Positions 28,401 to 37,709 of a stretch of 45,080 bases of DNA are shown here, piece by piece. This stretch comes from a virus (Duplodnaviria > Heunggongvirae > Uroviricota > Caudoviricetes), in the IMG/VR virus record IMGVR_UViG_3300045988_006100, positions 1 through 45,080 of that record; one strand, given 5' to 3'. The notes under the pieces are model-generated. The model searched no databases. It saw only the letters and a list, made by a program, of their open reading frames with translations, and was not told where the DNA came from. Positions within the stretch are counted from its first letter, which is position 1. Each line of letters starts with the position of its first letter. A program made the position numbers and the translations under genes.

Positions 28401-29531
28401 ATGGCCCGGAAGAAAATAACCGACGAACAGTTACAGGAAGAATTGAACGCCGGAATGAAGAATGTAGACATCGCCCGTAAATACGGCATCTCAGACCGCG
28501 TAATTCGTATCCGTAAAGCGAAGCTGGCTAAGAAAGGTGTAGGTCACGGACGTGATGTTAGCCACCTTGTCCCGGACGGCTATAAGATTAAAGGAACGTC
28601 GTCACTGGTGGATGAGTTCGGCAACACTAAGTTGCAATGGGTTAAGACCGACACTGACGCCGAACGTCAGGTTGAATTGATGAAAGCCGTGATCGAAGGC
28701 ATGAAATCGGAGATTACGCCCGTTGCACCTGTTAAAGCCGTTCGTGCCAAACGGGACGATAAGCTGCTCAATCTTTACACTGTATCCGATTTCCATCTCG
28801 GTATGCTGGCCTGGGCCGACGAGAGCGGCGACGACTGGGACATGAAGATTGCGGAAGACCTGTTCTCTCGTTGGTTCGATGCAGCATTCCAGAAAGCACC
28901 GGATGCCGGTACTGGGGTTATCAATCTTCTTGGCGACTTAGCGCACTTCGATAGTCTTGATGCCGTTACGCCCGCAAGCGGTCATGTCCTTGACGCTGAC
29001 ACGCGCTATCAGAAACTGGTCCGTTACATGATTCGTATGGTCCGCCGTGTCGTTGATATGGCGTTGGTTAAGCATAAAAATGTTCGCTTGCTTATCGTGC
29101 AAGGGAATCACGACGAATCGGGTATGATTTGGTTGGCTGAGATGTTCAGTACGCTGTACGACAATGAGCCGCGCGTGTTCGTCGATACGTCGCCGGATGT
29201 TTACAAGATGGTGCAACACGGCAAAACGACGCTGTTCTTCCATCACGGGCATAAAGCACGATTCGACGCTATCGAACCGGTTATGATTGCCAAGTTCCGT
29301 AAAGCGTTCGGCGAGAGTGTTTACAGCTACGCCCACGTAGGCCATCTGCACCACCAGAAGATTGTAGAAAGCCGTAACATGATTGTTGAGCAACACCGCA
29401 CCTTAGCGGCTAAAGACGCCTACGCCTCTCGCGGCGGATGGATGTCGGGCCGCAGTGCAAATGTAATTACTTATAGCGCCGAATATGGCGAGGTCGCACG
29501 TTTAACTATTTCACCGGAGATGCTGGGATGA
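28401..29531 (+). CDS. metallophosphoesterase with N-terminal HTH-like segment
   Basis: Calcineurin-like motifs DFHLG, GDLAHFD, QGNHDE, FFHHGH, GHLHH; N-terminal DIARKYGISDRVIRI. Confidence 0.7.
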   Translation: MARKKITDEQLQEELNAGMKNVDIARKYGISDRVIRIRKAKLAKKGVGHGRDVSHLVPDGYKIKGTSSLVDEFGNTKLQWVKTDTDAERQVELMKAVIEGMKSEITPVAPVKAVRAKRDDKLLNLYTVSDFHLGMLAWADESGDDWDMKIAEDLFSRWFDAAFQKAPDAGTGVINLLGDLAHFDSLDAVTPASGHVLDADTRYQKLVRYMIRMVRRVVDMALVKHKNVRLLIVQGNHDESGMIWLAEMFSTLYDNEPRVFVDTSPDVYKMVQHGKTTLFFHHGHKARFDAIEPVMIAKFRKAFGESVYSYAHVGHLHHQKIVESRNMIVEQHRTLAAKDAYASRGGWMSGRSANVITYSAEYGEVARLTISPEMLG

Positions 29532-30016
29532 AAGATATTGTAATTTTCGATTTAGACGGGACATTGGCCGACGGTACCCATCGCTTACACCTGTTACCAA
29601 AAGATAACTACGGAGAAACGTGGGCGTGGAAGCCATTTAACATAGCCTGCAAAGATGACGCTCCGATATACGACAATATCCATTTGTGTAGCGTACTGTG
29701 GCATTCCGGACTTACTATAATTATCCTTACCGGGCGAAGTGATGACGCTGAGGAGGAGACTCGCGAATGGTTACGAGAGAATAACGTTAGGTTTGACACG
29801 CTAATCATGCGCAGCAAACACGACAACAGAAAAGACATCGTAATTAAAGAAGAGGTGTTGCGTGCTTTCGGACTGGAAAGAATCTTGTGTGCGTTCGACG
29901 ACTCTCCAGCGGTAATAAAGCATTTCCGTGACCTCGGCATAACCGCACACGCAGTTGCCGAATACGACTGTAACGGGAACTCTACACACTTAAAACCACA
30001 CGGGAGCGATAAATAA
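29528..30016 (+). CDS. HAD-superfamily phosphatase
   Basis: Motif I FDLDGTL, motif II ILTGR, motif IV FDDSP. Confidence 0.6.
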   Translation: MKDIVIFDLDGTLADGTHRLHLLPKDNYGETWAWKPFNIACKDDAPIYDNIHLCSVLWHSGLTIIILTGRSDDAEEETREWLRENNVRFDTLIMRSKHDNRKDIVIKEEVLRAFGLERILCAFDDSPAVIKHFRDLGITAHAVAEYDCNGNSTHLKPHGSDK

Positions 30017-30570
30017 TGGCTAAGGTAATTATTCTTAATGGCCCTGCGGGTTGCGGGAAAGACACGCTTGCTATGGCGCTGGTAGAAATGGGCTTTGCGA
30101 AAGGAACTACCAGTTTCAAGAATCCAATGTTCAATATTGCTTTGGCAGCGTTAGGCCAGGATGCTTACCACGAATTTCTCGACGGCTACGACGACCGGGC
30201 GCGGAAAGAAAAACCCGAGGGTTTTCTTAATGGGTTGTCCCGCCGCCAGTTAATGATTGCCATTTCTGAGCAATTCATTAAACCGGTATTCGGCGATGAT
30301 TATTTCGGTAAGTATCTTGCTGAAAACTTGCCTGACGGCGACGAAGTTTTTGTAGTGTCCGATGGTGGATTCGCCAGTGAAGTTGCCCCTATCGTCGCCG
30401 CGGGGCATGACGTGCGAATCGTCCGCCTCCATCGTGACGGCTATACGTTCATCTGCGATAGCCGTGGCTATCTGTACGATGTTAGTGGTGTAAAAGATTA
30501 CGACACCTACATCATACCGGGTGACGTTAAATCGAACGTTATAGACATTGCTTTAAAATTAGGTTTGTAA
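30016..30570 (+). CDS. P-loop kinase, deoxynucleoside monophosphate kinase-like
   Basis: P-loop ILNGPAGCGKDT plus RRQLMIAISEQF segment resembling T4 gp1-type dNMP kinase. Confidence 0.55.
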   Translation: MAKVIILNGPAGCGKDTLAMALVEMGFAKGTTSFKNPMFNIALAALGQDAYHEFLDGYDDRARKEKPEGFLNGLSRRQLMIAISEQFIKPVFGDDYFGKYLAENLPDGDEVFVVSDGGFASEVAPIVAAGHDVRIVRLHRDGYTFICDSRGYLYDVSGVKDYDTYIIPGDVKSNVIDIALKLGL

Positions 30571-30600
30571 GAAAAAGGCCCCGAAAGGGGCCTTAGTTTT
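30571..30600. terminator. bidirectional rho-independent terminator
   Basis: AGGCCCC-GAAA-GGGGCCT hairpin flanked by A-tract and T-tract; between convergent genes. Confidence 0.75.
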
Positions 30601-31771
30601 ATGCGTAGGTGATACGTTGAATTACGATAGACGACTGGTACTGGTTGCCGGTGGACTGTCCTTCTATACTCTGGGTAATAGATTCAGGGCCGCCAATCTC
30701 TGGCGTAACTGCGGTCAACTCGGCGCGTTTCAAACTGAAAGACATAGCCCCGTTTACCCCCGCCAGAATAGAGTTAATCTCTACCTGCTGTTCGTTGATG
30801 AACTTCTGAATCATAGCCATGTCATACAGCTTACCGGAGATGGAGAAGGTGTTAGCCGCGCGGCTACGTTCCACAAACGCAACGTTAGAGTTGCCGAGTT
30901 CGAACTGCGCGGACGCGCTGTTGTCGTTGGTGATGGTAAGGCTATCACAACGCAACGGCGTAGAGCCATCGAACACGGAAACGTCAACCGAAGAGAACGG
31001 CTCATCACCAAAAGTAACAGATGAGAAGTTGGAACCGGTCGGCGGCGTAGTGAGAATCTCCTGACTGCGACCGATGAATGGGAAGCTGCCAGTTACCATC
31101 GCGTTAACAGCCTGTTCGATGGTAAAACCAGAAACTTCCACGCCTTTGGTTAACGTGTACGCGTCAGTACCGCCGCACTGGCCTTTGTACCAGGTAAGGA
31201 TAGAGAACGTCTTACACGTGTTACCGGTTTCCAACGTGTCGCCAGTTTTAGCCTTACTAGTTTTTGTCTCGGTGGTCAGGGTGTGTTGGATGCCCGCACC
31301 AGTAACAACCGTAGCCGTTACTGCAGTAACAATAAATGGTTTTGCGTTATCGCCTGTTAAATCGGTAAACGCAATCAGGTCGCCTACCCCAACTCCGTCA
31401 GTGATAAAACTGCCGGTAGCGCGTGTGAACGTCTTGCCCGCGGGTGCGACGGTAATCGATAGTCCTGACAGGGAAACGCCGGATTGCCACGTAGAGCCTA
31501 AAGCCCCGGCTAACCAGTCGTCCTGACTTTTAGAGCTAAGCTCAATAGCGTATTCTCCGCTAACCTGCTTGTTACCGGTGCGGATGGATGTGGTTTCTCG
31601 GCTGCCGTCAAGTTCGTTGGAGGTCAGCGTGTCGCGGGTAATGGCAGGAACGCCGCCCGTGTTGCGCAACGGCGACCATACCGGGTTAGCCGGTGTTACG
31701 CCCGGGGTCACTTCCGCCACATAGAATTGCGCGGTATTCGCGCCCTTAAAAGGAGTTGTAGCCATATTCAC
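30599..31771 (-). CDS. major tail protein (tube)
   Basis: 390 aa; follows a run of small head-tail joining ORFs. Confidence 0.5.
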   Translation of the reverse strand: MNMATTPFKGANTAQFYVAEVTPGVTPANPVWSPLRNTGGVPAITRDTLTSNELDGSRETTSIRTGNKQVSGEYAIELSSKSQDDWLAGALGSTWQSGVSLSGLSITVAPAGKTFTRATGSFITDGVGVGDLIAFTDLTGDNAKPFIVTAVTATVVTGAGIQHTLTTETKTSKAKTGDTLETGNTCKTFSILTWYKGQCGGTDAYTLTKGVEVSGFTIEQAVNAMVTGSFPFIGRSQEILTTPPTGSNFSSVTFGDEPFSSVDVSVFDGSTPLRCDSLTITNDNSASAQFELGNSNVAFVERSRAANTFSISGKLYDMAMIQKFINEQQVEINSILAGVNGAMSFSLKRAELTAVTPEIGGPESITQSIEGQSTGNQYQSSIVIQRITYA

Positions 31772-32184
31772 AGCCTCTTGGTGAATGCAATAAAGTTAAT
31801 TGACAATGGTCTTTTGGCCCATCCGTTTTCTACAATCAGCGGCCCCAGGCTTACCGATTGAACCTCGGCGCAGATGTCGTTACGTGAAAATGACTTACCT
31901 GCTTTAAACGCCGTGTTAAGTAAGTCTGCCATTTTATTGATTGGCGCGCTACCTTTCACCGATGCGTAGTTAATGTCTATCTGATAGACACCGGCGCGTT
32001 GTTCCGTGAAGAATAAGTCAGCCTGCTCGGTATCCGCCAGCAACATGTAACTTGCCAGATACGGCGTATCTGTTGACGTCGGCGCGTCGATGTTTTCAAG
32101 CGCTACCTTGATGCCGTTGGTGGTTCCGAAGGCTACCAGCGGCACATCAAACGCTTTTGTTAAGTCCTCAAAGTAGCCCATCAT
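31768..32184 (-). CDS. tail/neck protein (hypothetical)
   Basis: 138 aa; ATGA-overlapped gene chain in morphogenesis module. Confidence 0.45.
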   Translation of the reverse strand: MMGYFEDLTKAFDVPLVAFGTTNGIKVALENIDAPTSTDTPYLASYMLLADTEQADLFFTEQRAGVYQIDINYASVKGSAPINKMADLLNTAFKAGKSFSRNDICAEVQSVSLGPLIVENGWAKRPLSINFIAFTKRL

Positions 32185-32576
32185 CTCACCTTGCTAGCTT
32201 CTTCGTTAATGAGTTGCTGGAAGCGGGACACGTTAGTCCTGACGAATCCTTGCGGGGCCTGTTGCGACCAGCCATACTCCAGCCGTTGTGCATACGGCAG
32301 GTTATTTGTCAGCGTGAACTCATGCCAGTCGGTGGCTTTCAGCACGAAACTTGTAGCGTTTCCGGTTGCTGTGTTTCCTGATTTATCCGTAGCATCCGTA
32401 ATCCCGGAAGCAGGAGTACCGCCAGATGCCATCCAGTTCATGCGAAACCGACCAGTATCTACCGGACTCGCCTTTATAATAGCGGAAAACAGCTTGATAG
32501 ACACCTGACGCATCACCTTCTCAGGGTTCTTCTTCGCCTTTTCCACGAACTTAGAGACGTCCAGCGCGAAACTCAT
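32181..32576 (-). CDS. head-tail joining protein (hypothetical)
   Basis: 131 aa; overlapped gene chain. Confidence 0.45.
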   Translation of the reverse strand: MSFALDVSKFVEKAKKNPEKVMRQVSIKLFSAIIKASPVDTGRFRMNWMASGGTPASGITDATDKSGNTATGNATSFVLKATDWHEFTLTNNLPYAQRLEYGWSQQAPQGFVRTNVSRFQQLINEEASKVR

Positions 32577-32932
32577 TTTCTCACCTGAATAAAGTAGGAC
32601 ACAACATCATCGTTAACCACCTTCTTCTCAATGGCTACGACGGACCATTGCTCGCCGCCGAATTGCACTTTGTCTTCCATCTTAGGAACGACGCTGTAAT
32701 CGGCTTTAACAATCATGTCACCAGCCTGAATCGTCGTACCGTTCACCAGACCCGCATTAACAGGAACCGGAACGGCCTTCAACGGCAACACTTCATCCGC
32801 AGACCAGACGTACTCACCGAGAACTTCATCCCACACTTTCGAGCCAGCGCGAATCAGAGATACCGTGCTACCGAATTTGGTTAACAGGCGTGTACCTACG
32901 CCTTGCATACGTTTACTGAAAGCTGTGCTCAT
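32573..32932 (-). CDS. head-tail joining protein (hypothetical)
   Basis: ATG at 32932 overlapping upstream stop (TGATG); ORF open to 32986. Confidence 0.45.
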   Translation of the reverse strand: MSTAFSKRMQGVGTRLLTKFGSTVSLIRAGSKVWDEVLGEYVWSADEVLPLKAVPVPVNAGLVNGTTIQAGDMIVKADYSVVPKMEDKVQFGGEQWSVVAIEKKVVNDDVVSYFIQVRK

Positions 32933-33546
32933 CAGGCGGCCTCCAGTCTCGAGATAACCAGTAGCGCGGATGGTGCTGTACCCCATGCGGTTACGGTAGC
33001 CGCTTGCGGGTATACGCCGCCGAAGTTGCTTCCGGCGCTATCCCGCATAATCTGAACGGCAAAAGTCTGGCCTGCTGTTGGGTTAATAACAACGCGAGAT
33101 TCAATCGGGATTGTGGTGTCCGCGCTTACCAGTTTCGTGGCGGCTGGTGAGCCGTACTGAGCGCCGTTTACTAAAATACGTGATAGCAGGATTGACGTTC
33201 CGCTGGCACCTGTGCGGCCTGCCTGTAACTTGATGCGAACGGCGTAGTTACCGGCGGTGTTGAATGTAACCAGCCCCGCAGCATTAATCATTACCGGGTC
33301 GGATGCACTACCCTGAGCTGCACCGAAAGTTAACTGCAATGCCGTATCTACCGCGGTAGGCGCTTGGGTTACCGTAGACGCGGCACGGAGAACTTCAACC
33401 TCTTTAACACCTGGAGTGGCGTAAATAGGTGAGTCAGCCATCTGTGTCATTACCTCGCGCAACGCTGCTGGGGTAATAAGCCCGGTAGTGTTATCGGGGA
33501 GGTTTGCGCCGATAAGAGTAAACATCTCTGATTTAGTCTTCGCCAT
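32932..33546 (-). CDS. structural protein (hypothetical)
   Basis: 204 aa, Ala/Thr/Gly-rich. Confidence 0.45.
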   Translation of the reverse strand: MAKTKSEMFTLIGANLPDNTTGLITPAALREVMTQMADSPIYATPGVKEVEVLRAASTVTQAPTAVDTALQLTFGAAQGSASDPVMINAAGLVTFNTAGNYAVRIKLQAGRTGASGTSILLSRILVNGAQYGSPAATKLVSADTTIPIESRVVINPTAGQTFAVQIMRDSAGSNFGGVYPQAATVTAWGTAPSALLVISRLEAA

Positions 33547-33548
33547 TT

Positions 33549-34061
33549 TTAACCCCGGTACACATTAAATGAGAAGCCGTTGTTAAGACCACCACACAGT
33601 AACGGGCGTAAGGCGTCGTCAGCGGCGGTAATCGCGGTTGTGGCCCCGCTGTTGCCGTTGTTGAAGTAGGTAACTGTTACCGCACCCTCTACACGCTCGG
33701 TCTGCACGGAACGTCCATCGGAGTTAGCCCGAACATCAGTGCCCGCTCCATACGTAACAGCGGCGATTACCTGCGCCCGGATTAACTGCGGTGGGATAAC
33801 ATTATCAGCTACGGTGAAGCCGTTTAGTGTTGTTCCCGTACGTGGGTACGCCAGGGACTGCTCGGCGGACACACGGCGGCCGCACATCTGCGGTTCTGCA
33901 AGCCCGACATAAGTAGCGCCGTTGCGCAAGGCTACTTCGGTGGCAGTATCGTCTTCCGGTAGCTCCAGGCCATAATTAGCCGCTAACGCGCGGGCGTCAG
34001 CCAGACTAACGTAACTGTCAGCGTTAGGTACTATCGACCCATCTTCCACGATTAGCGGCAT
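33549..34061 (-). CDS. structural protein (hypothetical)
   Basis: 170 aa. Confidence 0.45.
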   Translation of the reverse strand: MPLIVEDGSIVPNADSYVSLADARALAANYGLELPEDDTATEVALRNGATYVGLAEPQMCGRRVSAEQSLAYPRTGTTLNGFTVADNVIPPQLIRAQVIAAVTYGAGTDVRANSDGRSVQTERVEGAVTVTYFNNGNSGATTAITAADDALRPLLCGGLNNGFSFNVYRG

Positions 34062-34064
34062 AAA

Positions 34065-34244
34065 TTATTCCTCTGACTTACGGCGACGTCGCTTAGTACC
34101 ACCACCGTTGTTGTGCGCTTCTTCGTTGTCCGGTTGTGTTGCAACCAGTTCTTCCGCTTCTACCGCACCGCGAACAGGCATCACCTGACCGTCAACAACA
34201 TCAACGTGGGTGTACTTTTCGCGGATTACATAATTATCTGCCAT
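34065..34244 (-). CDS. hypothetical small protein (59 aa)
   Basis: ATG with AAGGAAAGG SD; below ORF-track cutoff; basic C-terminus KRRRRK. Confidence 0.3.
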   Translation of the reverse strand: MADNYVIREKYTHVDVVDGQVMPVRGAVEAEELVATQPDNEEAHNNGGGTKRRRRKSEE

Positions 34245-34280
34245 GACCTTTCCTTATTACGGCCCCGAAGGGCCGTTGTA

Positions 34281-34631
34281 TTAAGACACAGTTGCTACAG
34301 TGCTGCTGGAGATAATATTACCATACACATCGTGAACAACCACTTTATACGTACCGGAATCGGTAGTAGCGAGCGAAGTTTTCTCGTAGGTGGCGGCGGT
34401 AGCGCCTGGGATAGCGTTGTTATCTTTGTACCACTGGTATGTGTACGGGGCCAGACCGCCAGTTACGGCTACGGTAAGAGTCATCGTCTGCCCCGTAGAC
34501 TTGGTAGTGGTAGCGGCAAGTGCGGTAGAAAAAGATGCGGGCGAGATATTCGCCATATCGATTTCAACCTGACCATCGGCAGGAGAATCATCAGAAACAC
34601 CAGTAATACGACGTTTGATTACATCAACCAT
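34281..34631 (-). CDS. Ig-like domain protein (possible capsid decoration)
   Basis: YTYQWYKDNNAIPGATAATYEK...SGTYKVVVHDVYGN matches Ig-like strand pattern. Confidence 0.5.
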   Translation of the reverse strand: MVDVIKRRITGVSDDSPADGQVEIDMANISPASFSTALAATTTKSTGQTMTLTVAVTGGLAPYTYQWYKDNNAIPGATAATYEKTSLATTDSGTYKVVVHDVYGNIISSSTVATVS

Positions 34632-34643
34632 TTTTAAGCTCCT

Positions 34644-34943
34644 TTAGCTTACAGTTCCTGCATTTTTAAGCGCAGTCAACAGATTTGCTACGGTAGTGCG
34701 CAGCGCGGTTACATCAGTTCGAAGTTTGTTGTACTCGGCTACAAGGGCATCGAACTCGGTCTTAGTCGGGGCCGCAGCGGACTGCGACCCGGCGGCAGCG
34801 GTAATGGCCGCGGGGGCGGCTACAGTAGCTGACTTTTTAACCCCACCAACTACGCTGGTAGTAGCCTGCGTTACTGGGATGTCAAAGTCGCCGAAGTCGA
34901 CATTCTGAAGGCTGCGAGGCAAGCCTTTTCCGGTCTTAGCCAT
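34644..34943 (-). CDS. hypothetical head-associated protein
   Basis: 99 aa; immediately downstream of capsid gene and its terminator. Confidence 0.45.
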   Translation of the reverse strand: MAKTGKGLPRSLQNVDFGDFDIPVTQATTSVVGGVKKSATVAAPAAITAAAGSQSAAAPTKTEFDALVAEYNKLRTDVTALRTTVANLLTALKNAGTVS

Positions 34944-34954
34944 AATTTACCTCT

Positions 34955-34985
34955 TAGTAAATGAAAAGAGGGACCGAAGTCCCTC
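34955..34985 (-). terminator. rho-independent terminator after major capsid gene
   Basis: GAGGGAC-CGAA-GTCCCTC hairpin with TTTTCATTT tail on - strand. Confidence 0.65.
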
Positions 34986-35002
34986 TCGATTATATCTTAA
35001 CC

Positions 35003-36052
35003 TTAAGCCCCGACACCAGTTACCAGGAAGGCAATCGGTACATGCTTACGGTCAACCACACGGTTCCAGTTGGAAGCGTTCGCCAGGTCCTGCCAGGAAG
35101 CAGAGCGGGCGATAGTCTCGGTGCCGTTGCCGGTGATTACAGTGCTGGTGAAACTGTAACCAAACGGATGCAGCAACCAGGTCTTACGGGTCCACAGGGT
35201 TTCGACACCACCACCGTTACCGCGAGACGCTTCGCGCTCGTATTCCAGCGGGTTTGACGGAGAACCTTCGCCGTAACCGATAGCACCGTTGCCGAAGATG
35301 ATGGAGATGAACTTACGGCTGTTGCCAGTTCCGACTACGGTCATGCTGTCGTCAACAATCACACGATAGCCCTGGTAGGTGGCGAACATGGTGTTGTTGT
35401 CAGCGTCGCGAATGAAGTCGATAAGCTGCTGCTTACGCGCCTGCGCATAAACGAAGCTGTGCATCGCGATAGCGCCAAGCACTTCACCACCGTTACCCAT
35501 CAGCGCATCGCCCATAGTCTGGGTAGCATCGATGAACGCGCCGGAGTCGAAGCCCAGAGTAGCGGACACGTCAATAACCATGTCGTTCTGCTCGTGGTAC
35601 GCATCGGTAGCCGCTACGTTATCATTGTACAGACCGAGCGCGGTAGCAATAAGACGGCGTTGTGCCTGACGCTGCCAGAAGTTATCCAGACGGGAAGCCA
35701 CGGATTGCAGCGGATTCTGGCTGGTCAGTTCTACCGTCAGGTCAGCCTGACCAAAACCTTCGTTCAGGTAAGCTACGCGAACATCCATCTCACCGGTTTG
35801 CACGTTACGCGGGGTGGCGACGTCCTGATATACGTCGTTCGAGTAGTTCGGCTCGATAGAGGTATCAATAGCTTTCCAGTACGGCAGGACCGCTTTGTTG
35901 GACGGGCCGTTTGCGATAGCGGCGGCATACGGAGTCGAGGTAAGGATACCGGACTGGAAGAACGCGGTTTTCTCTACCGGGTCCTCTGTCATGTAGGACA
36001 GGATTACCGATTCTTTACCAGTTACGATGTCGCCGATAGTAGTAATTGCCAT
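35003..36052 (-). CDS. major capsid protein
   Basis: 349 aa; preceded by scaffold-like gene and followed by strong terminator. Confidence 0.65.
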   Translation of the reverse strand: MAITTIGDIVTGKESVILSYMTEDPVEKTAFFQSGILTSTPYAAAIANGPSNKAVLPYWKAIDTSIEPNYSNDVYQDVATPRNVQTGEMDVRVAYLNEGFGQADLTVELTSQNPLQSVASRLDNFWQRQAQRRLIATALGLYNDNVAATDAYHEQNDMVIDVSATLGFDSGAFIDATQTMGDALMGNGGEVLGAIAMHSFVYAQARKQQLIDFIRDADNNTMFATYQGYRVIVDDSMTVVGTGNSRKFISIIFGNGAIGYGEGSPSNPLEYEREASRGNGGGVETLWTRKTWLLHPFGYSFTSTVITGNGTETIARSASWQDLANASNWNRVVDRKHVPIAFLVTGVGA

Positions 36053-36756
36053 TATTTTTTCCTCAGGGCTTTAAGTTGCCGTTCAAATTCGGCAGGGTTC
36101 GATTCGTACAGAGCGATACGCTCCGCTTCACTCATGTCTTTAAACGCTGGTGCGGCCCCGCCGCCTTTGCTACCGGAAGCCCCGCCGCCGGAAGCTGCAT
36201 TTGCTTTAATCAAATGTGAAAACGCTTTGTGTTCTCGCAAGTATTTGCGGAACTGTTCCGGGTCAGTCGTGATTACGTTGCCGTCTGCGCCAACAAACTT
36301 AGTAACCACATCATCGCCTTCGAACTCAGTCTTAACGAACGGCGCAAGAATGTCCACTGCTTCTGGGGTAATAAAGTCACCCGCGAAAGAGCCTAGCACC
36401 GCTTTACGTTCGCTGCCGAGGATACGCTCTGCCATTCTGGAGATGCGACCGTCTTTCTCGGCTAACACCGGGTCATACTGGCTACGAATCGTCTTTTCAA
36501 ACTCGTCCATCTTACCGGCAGCCTTTAACGCCTCCTGGTGCGCACGCTGCCGTTCTTCTTCGGCCTCTTTTGCTTTACGGGCGGCTTCTTTCTTCTCCGC
36601 CAGCAATGCTTCCTGATTGGCCTTAAGCCCGGCAACTTCTTTCTCAATCAGCGCCTGAACTTCTTCAGCGGTGAACATTTTAGGAGCGTCACCGCCACCA
36701 GCTTTATCTTCTGCTCCAGCTTCTTTCTGGAACGGATAACGTAAAAAACGATTCAT
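36052..36756 (-). CDS. scaffolding protein
   Basis: Helical, charged, coiled-coil-like; ATG at 36756 (ORF open to 36810); ATGA overlap with capsid gene. Confidence 0.5.
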   Translation of the reverse strand: MNRFLRYPFQKEAGAEDKAGGGDAPKMFTAEEVQALIEKEVAGLKANQEALLAEKKEAARKAKEAEEERQRAHQEALKAAGKMDEFEKTIRSQYDPVLAEKDGRISRMAERILGSERKAVLGSFAGDFITPEAVDILAPFVKTEFEGDDVVTKFVGADGNVITTDPEQFRKYLREHKAFSHLIKANAASGGGASGSKGGGAAPAFKDMSEAERIALYESNPAEFERQLKALRKK

Positions 36757-36838
36757 AGTCAGTATGTCCCCTGGACGTTGGAATCCGGGCCACCCGGATT
36801 TACATGTCAAGAATAAATTATTCCAACATGCAAGGCAA

Positions 36839-37102
36839 CTATTCCAGAATATTCCTCACGTAATCCTGCAACATGAACACTTTCAGCCGCAGCTGCCGTA
36901 CGCATTCAGCGTTCTGAACGTCGATAGCTAAATCCTCGTCAGCGTCGCTACTCGGCGGTGCCAGCTTGCACGGCGGCTGCATCATCGTCGTATCCGGGGA
37001 TGGAATTGGCGTTTGCGACGGCGCGGGACTTGAGCTGCACGCGCTCAGGGTCGAAAGTGCACACGCTGCGACCAGGAGTTTTAATGTACTTAACGACTTC
37101 AC
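36839..37102 (-). CDS. o-spanin (Rz1-like outer-membrane lipoprotein)
   Basis: GTG start with GAGGTGA SD; lipobox LSAC; Pro-rich mature region; +1 frame, overlapping Rz-like gene. Confidence 0.55.
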   Translation of the reverse strand: MKSLSTLKLLVAACALSTLSACSSSPAPSQTPIPSPDTTMMQPPCKLAPPSSDADEDLAIDVQNAECVRQLRLKVFMLQDYVRNILE

Positions 37103-37334
37103 GGGTGATCACCTCTGATTTCGTCTTGCCTTCGTTGTCAGCGGCGGCGGCCTTTGATTCATCTTGCTGCTGCCGTTGTGTTTTCTTCGCTAACTCGGCC
37201 TGTGCTTTCTGCTGTTGCTGCGAAACGAGATTAGCGCGGCCTTCGTGCCAGCCGCTGCGGTACTGATAAATGCCGTGTGTGTAAGCCAGGATGATGAAAC
37301 ATGCTCCTGCTACGACGGTTGCTTTAAGATTCAT
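36948..37334 (-). CDS. i-spanin (Rz-like)
   Basis: N-terminal TM anchor LKATVVAGACFIILAY followed by Gln/Ala/Lys-rich coiled coil. Confidence 0.55.
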   Translation of the reverse strand: MNLKATVVAGACFIILAYTHGIYQYRSGWHEGRANLVSQQQQKAQAELAKKTQRQQQDESKAAAADNEGKTKSEVITREVVKYIKTPGRSVCTFDPERVQLKSRAVANANSIPGYDDDAAAVQAGTAE

Positions 37335-37457
37335 GTTTCCCCTTTCTCGATAAGTAAAGCCCTGCCTTAAAGCAGGGCGCTAGTCCTTATCATTTAAACA
37401 TAGAAACGGCGTAATCTAAGTAAACCTGTTACTTTTTACACAAGCAATAGAGTATGG

Positions 37458-37587
37458 CCCTTCCGAACGCGTCAGCGTAACTACACTCAGGACTTACGTC
37501 CCGCTCCGTTACCTGCCCGCGCCGCGGTCGCTTGTTCATACTTCACAAGCTCAGGTGGAGCTTATCATATTTTTAGTGAAAAGTCAA
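37458..37587 (+). repeat. conserved ~130-bp non-coding element, copy 2
   Basis: About 80% identical to 4678..4808; hairpin GGAC-TTAC-GTCC replaces GTGCC-TAAT-GGCAC of copy 1. Confidence 0.7.
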
Positions 37588-37652
37588 CTATTCGAATAGT
37601 TTATTCCAACATTTACAATTGAGCGGAATAACTGGAATAAGTAAATAAATAG

Positions 37653-37691
37653 TTTGCACACCCCAATATAATAGGGTACTATTCAGTTAAC
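37653..37691. promoter_or_regulatory. conserved promoter/operator element (family member C), bidirectional
   Basis: TTGCAC-17 nt-TACTAT with internal TATAAT on + strand; reverse complement carries GAATAGT-N4-CTATTAT core; upstream of gene 37710. Confidence 0.55.
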
Positions 37692-37709
37692 TTAAGCAGG
37701 AGGTGAAAA

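Noticed and set aside
34255-34277. Hairpin CGGCCCCGAAGGGCCG as a terminator
   Set aside because: No T-rich tail on the transcribed strand; at most a weak attenuator or RNA-stability element.
35459-36616. 385-aa + strand ORF antisense to capsid and scaffold genes
   Set aside because: Ser/Arg/Ala/Leu-rich low-complexity translation typical of antisense frames; the - strand genes here have strong structural-module context.
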